Below are positions 53,623 to 64,000 of a stretch of DNA of 64,000 nucleotides, piece after piece. The notes under the pieces are model-generated. The model worked only from the letters and a program-made list of their open reading frames with translations, was not told where the DNA came from and did no database searches. The DNA comes from Eledone cirrhosa (lineage: Eukaryota). The stretch's first letter is position 1; every line of letters starts with the position of its first letter. A program made the position numbers and the translations under genes. The stretch spans positions 7,440,001-7,504,000 of the forward strand of contig OZ024747.1 of assembly GCA_964016885.1 (NCBI GenBank). The letters run 5' to 3'.

Positions 53623-53774
53623 GGGCGGTGGATTGGCAGTATCGGTAGAGGGTCGGACGTCATGCTTTGACGCATAGAGTTACAGCCCTTGCCATTTTGA
53701 ATTCACGGTGTTGATAAAATAAAGTACCAGTAATGCACTGGGTAATTGCTGGCCTTGTGCTAAAAGTAGAAACA
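53623..53774 (+). mobile_element. Nin/Deu-like SINE (internal deletion) with 17-bp TSD
   Basis: ATTATTTTGGTCTTTAA on both sides. Confidence 0.85.
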
Positions 53775-53851
53775 ATTATTTTGGTCTTTAATTCATTGAT
53801 TCTTAGTCACGATTTTGTTAATTGATGTAGTCTCAAAACTTATCAGTTTAT

Positions 53852-54471
53852 CTAGTAGTGTTGAGCTCACCTAGTAGTGTTGAGCTCACCTAGTAATGTT
53901 GAGCCTATCTAGTAGTGTTGAGCCTACCTAGTAGTGTTGAGCTCACCTAGTAATGTTGAGCCTACCTAGTAGTGTTGAGTTTACCTAGTAGTGTTGAGCC
54001 TACCTAGTAGTGTTGAGTTTACCTAGTAGTGTTGAGCCTACCTAGCAGTGTTGAGCCTACCTAGTAGTGTTGAGCTCACCTAGTAGTGTTGAGCCTACCT
54101 AGTAGTGTTGAGCCTACCTACTAGTGTTGAGTTTACCTAGCAGTGTTGAGCCTACCTAGTAGTGTTGAGTTTACCTAGTAGTGTTGAGCCTACCTAGCAG
54201 TGTTGAGCTCACCTAGTAGTGTTGAGCCTACCTAGTAGTGTTGAGCCTACCTAGTAGTGTTGAGTTTACCTAGTAGTGTTGAGCCTACCTAGTAGTGTTG
54301 AGTTTACCTAGTAGTGTTGAGCCTACCTAACAGTGTTGAGCTTACCTAGCAGTGTTGAGCCTACCTAGTACTGTTGAGCCTACCTAGTAGTGTTGAGCTT
54401 ACCTAGCAGTGTTGAGCCTACCTAGTAGTGTTGAGCCTACCTAGCAGTGTTGAGCCTACCTAACAGTGTTG
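53852..54471. repeat. 19-bp minisatellite CTAGTAGTGTTGAGCCTAC, about 32 copies
   Basis: Direct inspection. Confidence 0.95.
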
Positions 54472-55163
54472 TGATTAAGAAGGTGGAATCAGAACATCAA
54501 ACTTGTCGAATTGAATGTACTTGTTCTTGGTTTTGGAGTAATCTACTGCTCAGATCAACTCCACCATTTGGAGGTCTTTAAAGGAATACATTTGGTTGAA
54601 AGTACATTGAACCGGGAATCCGGTCTAAGAAGAACTCAATATTTTAAGTGTAACTTTCCACTGAATTATCATTTTTTCTTTTCTTTCCTCGACGGTGGTG
54701 GTGACAATGATGGCGCCGACTGAAGCGGTGATGGTGGTGATGTAGTGGTAGTGGTGGTGGTGATGGTGGTGGTGGTGGTGGTGGTGGCAGCTTTTGGCAG
54801 TGGTGATAGTGGTGGTTAATGATCACTCTCACATTTCCCATCGCACCCCTCCACTCTACCAACTCATATTACTTTAAATATTTACTGCCAGACTGAACAA
54901 GCTGTCAACAGTTGTACGTCTTTGCTGGAATTAAAATATTTGCGTCAACGACGTGACACGAACCGTTGTGCTTACATTGCCATCTCATCACCTCAGCCAC
55001 CCACGTCTTTTTTCTGGTTTTATTAATGGGGAAGTATTAAATAGAAGCACCATCGAAAATTTTCTCACGGAGCGGGTAGGCGCTTAAATCTACCACAGGT
55101 ATTTTTCGTGTTGTTGGCAAACTGAAGCAGCAGGAGACTTGATTTTATATTGCTTCTGTTGTG

Positions 55164-55196
<33 letters not shown>

Positions 55197-56375
55197 ATCT
55201 CAGGCAAATCCTGACATCCAGCAGACCTAGTCAAATACTTTCCAACCGTGAACACCTCGTCTTATTAATGTGTATACCTACAGTCAAAGACGTTCCAAGC
55301 GTGAACACCTCGTCTTTTTAGCGTGTATGCATGACTACATTACAGACCTGTCAACTCTCCCCATCCGACAGGGAGATCTTTCACCCACTTCTGGGGTAGG
55401 TGAGAGCTGTCTTCTCTTGTGAAAATGGGTATAGCTTTCATTATGTAAAATCTCCCCATTTTGCCTCATTTCTCCCCGTTTTGGAGCACTTTTTTCCATG
55501 GTACTCCCCGTTTCGGCTTTTAGGGGTTGGCAGGTCTGGCATTATCTGTGTCCTTTCCTTGTTTAAAGTGAGATTTGATGTAGAACTGACAGCCAATTCT
55601 ACCTTACTTTAGATCATCAGTCAGCTGTACGAGATATGAGAGGATTCTAATTAGCACCAGATCTGGAGTACTGACTACGACAGACATCCAAGATGACTGT
55701 AGAGTACTTGACTACGACAGATATCCAAGATGAGTGTAGTTGGAGATCTATATTCCATCTACTTAAAACCTGAGCTTAATATCGGCCCTTAAAAGGGAAC
55801 CCTTATATCAACGTTCTATTAGATCAAGAATAGGCTTACACAGCCATCTTAGAAAACACAGTTAAATTCAACAGAATCAAACGTCGCGACAATTAGTGAT
55901 GCTAATGATGATATGTAGAAGATTAGTTAGTGCAGGATTATCTGGGATGTTAACTGTAATAAACAGGTATCCTATCCAGGGGGGGGGGGGTATAGACCCC
56001 AGTTGGTTAAAACCAGAGTCCAATACCGGCCCTTTAAAAAGCATCTATGTAGGGAATCTTAAAACGCACTGGCAATTATCAAGATTTCGTCTCATCGTCT
56101 TTCTCTATATCACGATATATTGACAAAGAGTTTGAAGAACGAAACGTGTGAGTTTAGTATCTATGTTTAAAGTTACTTTCAAATATAACGTTATTTGACT
56201 ACTGTTTGGTTCGTTGTGGTTTTTGTGGAAAACTATTTTAAATTGGGTCGGGCAATTAGTGCAGTCATACAATTTTATCACCAGATAATTAGTAATTCAC
56301 AAACGAAACTGACAGTTGCTTGGCCAAATTTCTGTCTATAATCTTATATGAGTAATTATATACTACCTTTTACGC

Positions 56376-56426
<51 letters not shown>

Positions 56427-56544
56427 ATATATGCAGAGGTTATATTTAATTTGTTGGGATTCAACAAGCTTAAAAATTCAACAGATTAGTGGATTAAATA
56501 TTCAATATATTAATAAATGGAAACTATATTTATAAAACCATAAT

Positions 56545-56610
56545 TATTTTATTATACATATTTCAAGGGCAACCAAGGCAAATTATGGTGCGCTTTCATC
56601 AGATTAAATA
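56545..56610 (-). ncRNA. Type I hammerhead fold (family b), in element 56437-56690
   Basis: TATTTAAT-CTGATGA-AAGCGCACCA..TGGTTGCCCTT-GAAA-T-ATGT-ATA-ATAAAATA. Confidence 0.72.
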
Positions 56611-57121
56611 CAGATTTATTTTATAAATAAATATTGACATACCCGGAAAAAAAGACAACCTTAACGATTGAAGTTCCCTGTATAGTGGAGATAATATTTT
56701 ATTGAGGGTGATACAAAGTTATGAGTGAGTATGCAAATGAGTGTCAGAAAAATTGAAAAAAACAACGGTTTATTTAAATTAAACTGTTGGAAGATGTAAA
56801 AGGGAGAGAGAAAAAATATATATATATATTTCTATCTAATTCTCTCCCTCCCTCACTCACACACACACACACACAGACAAACACACAAAAATATCAGATA
56901 CATGCCGTCTGTGCAGACAAGTTAGGCAATGCTTATCTAAAAAACTAAAGGATTTCCAATGGTATTTTAATGTTTTAATACGTGAAATTCAGAGTTACAC
57001 AGACCCGATATCGACAGCCATTTAAGTTCAGCGTCAATACAAAAACTGATGCAACTAATCACATGTGCCGAGAGTGAAGCTTGAGAATGAAATTAATATA
57101 GCAGCGGTATGGTGGTAGAAA

Positions 57122-57231
<110 letters not shown>

Positions 57232-57567
57232 TAGAAGTCTTATATATTTTTTATGTGGGCTGATAGTGATTGGATTAAGGAATTGCAGAAACCCAAGAAG
57301 CTAGATTTAACACCCTTCTAGCGGGTCCGGGTGAGTTTTTTACATTCATTTAATTTATTAATTTATTGATATTTTATTTGAGTGACCCGAATCTTCCTGG
57401 TCGTTCTTTTTCGGCTGCACGGGTGATTTTAGGCATAATCTCTATGTGTTGGTAATTTAACGATGGTTATAGCTCTGATTTACCCAAATTATTGAGCCCT
57501 CTGCCACACATGTCGGATTTGTTTATCGTGATTTCGTGGGCTGATATTCCGATTCTCGATTATTCTA

Positions 57568-57734
<167 letters not shown>

Positions 57735-57794
57735 CACGTAATGATACTGTTTCATTTCTATCACCATACCGCTATTTTAACTTTATTATATATA

Positions 57795-58189
57795 CTAGCA
57801 GAAAGCCAGCCACCCTTCGGGTGGTTTTCTGCTAGCATGTGTAGTGTGTATATTGATATTATACGCATGTAGATATATACATGTAGATATATACATGTAG
57901 ATATATATCAAATAAAATCGTAATTGACAATGTCCACAGAAATTGAACGAAGACGTTGTTAGTAAAAAGATAGTGACAGAAAATTAATATGTTTATTTAA
58001 GCGATCGCTAACCGGAAGTGTTGACATTTGAAAATTTTAAAGAGTGAATCTTTAAATAAATAATAAAATATATTTAATGAACAGTCACGAAATTTAGTAG
58101 ATAAATTATGTAATATTCATTTACTAATGGGATAAAAAAAATTATAAACCGTACGCAGTCCCGCGCTTCTTACTTTATTATAGTTTAGA
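57795..58189 (-). mobile_element. Non-autonomous Helitron
   Basis: 5' TC-TAAACTATAATAAAG; 3' hairpin CCACCCGAAGGGTGG followed by CTAG. Confidence 0.7.
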
Positions 58190-58869
58190 TATACATATAT
58201 ATATATACATATATACATATATATATACATTATATATATACATATATACATATATATATACATATATACATATATATATTACTGCTTCCCCGTTCTCTCT
58301 GTTTCTCTCACCTTCTTTCGCCCCCTCTGTCAGTTACACTTTCTCTCGACTGACCTCTTCCTTGCACTTCCACTCACTCACTCTCTGTTTCTCCCCTTCT
58401 CACTTCCTCCCGTTTGGCTAGTAGTGGGTTCTCTTCTTGCTCACCTCACATCTCACTCCTGTCGGACGGTCTGTATCTTGATCGCTCATGAAATCCACCC
58501 AGCTTATGCTGACCGGATAACCATGTTGCTTGTTTATTCCCATCTTTGCGTTGCTTTCATCCTTCTATGTTGTTTACTTGTCTCACTCGCTTTACGCGAT
58601 TTACTTGTCCCAATAGATTTTTTTAGTTATTGCTCGCACCAACCTGAGGTATATGATTTTTAATGCGATGAAATACCAATGATGGTTGGCAAATCACTGA
58701 CGAAGGACTATTTTTATCATATGTAACCTATGTGCAACCACGCAGTATTCTTCTTTCTTCCCATGTTTTATATATGAAATACCAATGATCGTTGGCAAAT
58801 CACTGATGAGGGACTTATTTTATAACATGTAATCCATGTGCAACCATGCAGTATTCTTCTCCCCATATT

Positions 58870-58941
<72 letters not shown>

Positions 58942-59203
58942 TTGCAGTCTAATGACAGAAACCGTTAAAAGAAAACATACATGTTATTACTGATTTTTTG
59001 TCCATGCGGCCAGGGTTTGAATATCAGCATGCGTATGCATGTTTCAAGGCAGTGCCCCAGTATGACCGCAGTTTAATGGAGACTGAAAGCAGTAAAAAAA
59101 AAAGAGATTCAAATATATATATATAAGCGGGTGCAAGCACACATAAACCTTTACAGGGTTTATCTTCACAGATGTAGCTTCGTGGCCTAGTTTCACAGTC
59201 ACT

Positions 59204-59265
<62 letters not shown>

Positions 59266-59542
59266 GGAAGCCAGCACTCACGCGCACGTCACACTAACGA
59301 AACGGTCCCAGATAGAAACTGGTTACGATCATCATCACCCCCCCCCCCATCTCTCACACACACACCCTCCCCCACGACCTCCATATCAACCCCCAACCCC
59401 ACCACCTCCCCCCTCACTCATCCCCACCAACAACTTCCACTTTTACTCTGGCCTCATTTTCTCTGTGATTCCAAAATATTCGTTCACAAACCATTCCACT
59501 TAAAATTCCACCACCAACACCATCACCAACATCAACAACAAC

Positions 59543-59604
<62 letters not shown>

Positions 59605-59793
59605 CACACACATTCATAGATATATACATTCCTTAGCGTATGTGAGGGGGAAGGATTTGAATTTGTTCTTAAATACACGAGTGTTCAGGTGAAAAAAGAG
59701 GAATTAAAGTCTGGTTTGGTTGTGACAGGTTGCTTAACTATGTATCTATATTTGTATATGTACGTGTGTGTAAATATACATACACACACACAC

Positions 59794-59824
<31 letters not shown>

Positions 59825-59870
59825 TATATACATAGTTATATATATATATATATATAATACATATATATGT

Positions 59871-60022
<152 letters not shown>

Positions 60023-60859
60023 GTGTACATGTGTGCATGCCCGTGCGTGTGTGACAAAAACATGAATTGTGTTATTAACAAATCATCATAAATCTTTTCA
60101 GAGATTTTATTCTACTGCTCAAACAGTACAATAAATGCTTGTAAATGTCAACGTTTCAAGAGCTTAACACACATTGTCAAGACTTAGTTTAGATTCATAA
60201 TTCATACAATTGCCGTCATCTTTGTAGTTTGTATGCATATTGGCTGTTTCGCTTTAGCCACGAGTTGGCCTCTATGATCCAAGTCTTTCCAGTCACGGCC
60301 ATTCTATCCTTGTTTTTGCAGGCTCTATGTAAACCTAAACTTCACTATCTAATGTGAATAATATTTTTTTTAAAACAGTAACAAAGAGATTTGGTTGCTA
60401 CTTCTAGCAAGTCGAGAGACTGTACAGAGGCTCCCTCATTGTTTTGAATATAGGGACACTCTCGTTGGCTCGTTCACAATGGTATTGCCTATGGTCAAGT
60501 TATGCCTGGCCAACAAAACACCAAGGCTATTTCTGCTATATTACTTCAGCCACTACCATTGCTGTTTGTGTACTGAGAACATGGCTGTCCCTTTGATTCA
60601 AGGTAGAATCTACAATCTAACTGAACAGCATCAACAAGACATCTTGTACAGGATCTTGAAATCAAAACATAAGCTATTTAAAATGTTTCTATGCAGTCCT
60701 AGGCATACTACTAAGGGACAAGGTGGTCAAGGCTTGGAAAGCCTTTAATCATAGATCTACTCAATCAAGGCTGACCCAGGTGTGTGTGTCTTCCCCCAGA
60801 AATGGTTAACGCGACCTTCAGACAACAGGTCGTGTATATATTATTATTATTATCATTAT

Positions 60860-61020
60860 TACGGCCTCTTACGGTCTGAGTTCCAATCCCACCGAGGTTA
60901 GTTTTGCCTTTCATCCTTTCGGGGCCGATAACATAGAGCACCAGTAATGCACTGAGGTCGATTTAATCGACTTTCTCCTCCCTAGAATTGTTGGTCTCAT
61001 GTCTAAATCAGAAACCATTA
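60860..61020 (+). mobile_element. Nin/Deu-like SINE, diverged
   Basis: GCCTTTCATCCTTTCGGGGCCGATAA. Confidence 0.75.
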
Positions 61021-61421
61021 TTATTAATAACTCTGTCGAAATGTATTTAAATATTTTTCACCATAGAAGTTCATTCAGGCGGGTGAGGTTTTGATTGGTA
61101 AAGAAGAAAACAACATATGTTGTGCCGTACGATTAGTCTACCACTGAACCAGATTCCATCTCCGGACAGTAACCTAAGGGTGTGTGTTGTCAGAAATGGT
61201 GACAAACGTCTTCGTACTTTTACACAGACCACCAAAGAAATAAATATACAATATACAATATACAATATACTACAAGTAGGACAGGAGAAACGATGTATCA
61301 GGTGAAGGATATAAAAAAAAACTATTAACACACACGTTACCTTTCTTTAAAAAAAAAAAAAACGATTATTAACCTTGACACTCGGAGTTGCGAACAATGG
61401 GAAGCATCGGCATCCTGCACA

Positions 61422-61534
<113 letters not shown>

Positions 61535-61792
61535 ATGCATACATTCCTGATACTACAAAAAATTACACATTTAAAAGAATCTTTGTCATTTTGTTATCAA
61601 TTGTCATGTATTCGCCAGAAGGTAAACGTAACTCTGCTGACAGAGCCACAACATTTCATCTCACATTCCTTCACGTCTATATCAATTGAGATAAATCATG
61701 AACATACAATATGGCTACCAACGGCTATCAGCGCCATGACCAGAAGTTAAATCACAACTTCCTAGTCTTTTTTCTTTCTTTTTATATATATA

Positions 61793-61833
<41 letters not shown>

Positions 61834-62569
61834 TAAATACACTACCAGCAGCGAACGAGTGAGCTTCAGTGTGGTCGCTCGGCCGGCTGGAAATAGCAGT
61901 GAAATTTCCCTCAGATGACATCCTACCGTCTAAAAATCGAACACATTGGATAATGTAGCTTAAAAGAAATAAAAACAGGCGTGATGGTCACGACTTGAAA
62001 ACATCTGCCGTTATGACTGCTCAATCAGGATTTATAAAACAGCAACAACAATAACAATAAGAAGAAGAAGAATAATGTCCTAATGAGGGAGATTTTATGT
62101 TGCCGTCCGGCCTGCTAGAAATAGCAATCAAATTTATTTCAAACCATACTCTTTCATCTTTAAAAGGGGAAATACATATTGGTTAATGTAAGCTGAAATA
62201 ATCTATGTCTGCAGACAAAACTGTCGCAGCTGGAATGTCTTTGATCATAGATCAGCTGGATAAGGGCTGACCTGCGGCTAGACAGCAATAACAAGAAAGA
62301 CAGAAAGAAAGAAAATCCTGTTCCTTGTATGATATGAGTGTTAAATAAAGGTGGGGTGTGGGGTTCTGTGAATAAATAGAGATAGGAAGATACTGTCCTG
62401 TGATGATCTGATCAATCTTGAATGAAGGGTAGGGAGGAGGGTGGGGGTAAAATAAGTGAGATAAAAAAAAGACATGACAGACGGAGATTAACGAAGGATT
62501 ACTGTATATTGACTAGAGAAATGATGAAAGAAAAATAACGGTTCCATCAACAAATATTCTTCTTCGTCT

Positions 62570-63445
62570 TCTTCTTGAGCGCTTGATGACATTCCAGTTG
62601 CCAAGCGCAATCCCCCGCGGTCTTCCTTTGACACAAGACTATAAGCTCTGTCAAAGAGACAAGCTGAAGAAAGGCACGTCTGACAAACGGCGGCCAGAGC
62701 TGATTACCATCTAGGAAACGCTAGAAATGTCTCGACTTCAGCGCATCATCAGCCTCATCAGTATGCCTAGTCCTCCGTGAGGCGAGTGTTGTCAGTAAAT
62801 GGACCGCCTGTCCAGTGGAACGCGTGTCTTTCACAAAAGGCGAACGAGCAGACACTCCATTTCGGCCAGACGTGAACTGAGGCAAGGCATGGCGGTCAGA
62901 CAATAATGGATGACGTAGGCATTCGTCACCTCCACCCGATCTTTCAGAGATAACTTCCTCTCAGCCCATTTCTGGGTGAAACATGCCATCTTGCTCGTTA
63001 CCCCATCCCAGTTCTTATTCTCCTGGAGATCTGGACCAAACCAGATCTCGAGCAATGTAACTGGTCTGTCTGTCCAGCATCCCAAAACACTGTTTGTTGG
63101 ACGGTATGGACTTGCCTCGCCAGGTGCCGAGTTATAGACCAAAACTATTTTTCTGGTTTATTTTCGCTCCTGTCACCACATACGGTACCGTCGTCCCCAA
63201 ATGCTGGCATGGATCTTCTGCATCCTGGCTTACGTGGGATGCACTCCGCCCCCAACGTCTCTAGTTTATGCAGAAGTGACTCTAGAGTCAGTACATACAG
63301 AAGAGACGAGAGAGGACTCGCGAGCAGGATAATGAAAGGTTTTGATAGGTAGCCATTTACTCTGACCACAGAGCAGCTGTCACTGTACATTGCAGTGATC
63401 CATTCCCTGAAGATGGGACTGAAACCGGCTGTCTTTAGAATACTA
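62570..63445 (-). mobile_element. Decayed L1/Tx1-clade RT fragment
   Basis: VRVNGYLSKPF, SPLSSLLYVLTLESLL, AFGDD, WAERKLSLKDR; many frameshifts. Confidence 0.8.
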
Positions 63446-64000
63446 AAGTAACAGGCATCGACACTCTAATAGTTCTGTTAATGGGCTACAGTTTTAAAGT
63501 TCTTAACTGTATACTAAACCAACTAGCAGGACTAGACAGGAAAATAATGACTACATATAGAATAAATCATTTAGAATTAGATTATATTTACCATGAACAC
63601 AGGAGGAGGGTAGGAGATTTATACAACTAGAAAACTATTGTAAAATACTTAGTGAAGAATAATAGAAAGTTAATACAAATAACTACGAAGCATAAACAAA
63701 ACAAAAAACTGTTTTTTGACTTCAATGAAGCCAATAAGTACAAAACAAACAAACAATAAATCCTACAAAAGTCTGTATCGCCAGAAGCAAATATTCTAGG
63801 AAAAGGAGGACAGTCTAAATAAATAAGGCAGAGCGACATAAACGGACGCGAGAGGAATACAAGTATATTTTAAATGAAAACTACTTTTCTATTCTACATG
63901 TAAAAAATATTAGACGACAATATCCTCGTATAAAATTTGGTGAGAAAATAACACTTATCTAAAGATGGTGTTGGACCCCAGTAAACCAACTTGAGACGAT

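Noticed and set aside
54965-55010. Minus-strand ATGGCAAT|GTAAGC as a HOPX first exon
   Set aside because: Only a donor-like hexamer with no other support
55583-55627. Minus-strand CTGATGA with possible stems
   Set aside because: No GAAA and no valid UH triplet

Overview
AT-rich, microsatellite-saturated animal genomic DNA. The SINE/LINE repertoire and composition suggest an octopus; this is inference, not a search result. Nearly all long ORFs in the supplied track are microsatellite artefacts. The one host-gene piece I recognise is a minus-strand coding exon at 21620-21697 (CWFQHRLACWRQQQGLPANGGSVTD*) matching the C-terminus of the atypical homeodomain protein HOPX; I did not find its upstream exon in the window. 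The rest is mobile DNA: a 5'-truncated RTE LINE, RTE/CR1/Tx1/R4-Dong fragments, a decayed mariner and its MITE, other MITEs, three non-autonomous Helitrons, several SINE families, and 53-bp and 75-bp satellites. The most striking hidden signal is about 17 type I hammerhead-ribozyme (HHR) folds, some degenerate, plus several 3' half-folds. They come from at least 6 sequence families, show compensatory base changes, and sit in short fold-back elements embedded in (TA)n tracts, an architecture typical of Penelope-like elements/retrozymes. One is a 516-bp non-coding unit present as a partial tandem. All folds and alignments were made by eye; repeat boundaries are approximate and ribozyme activity is untested.
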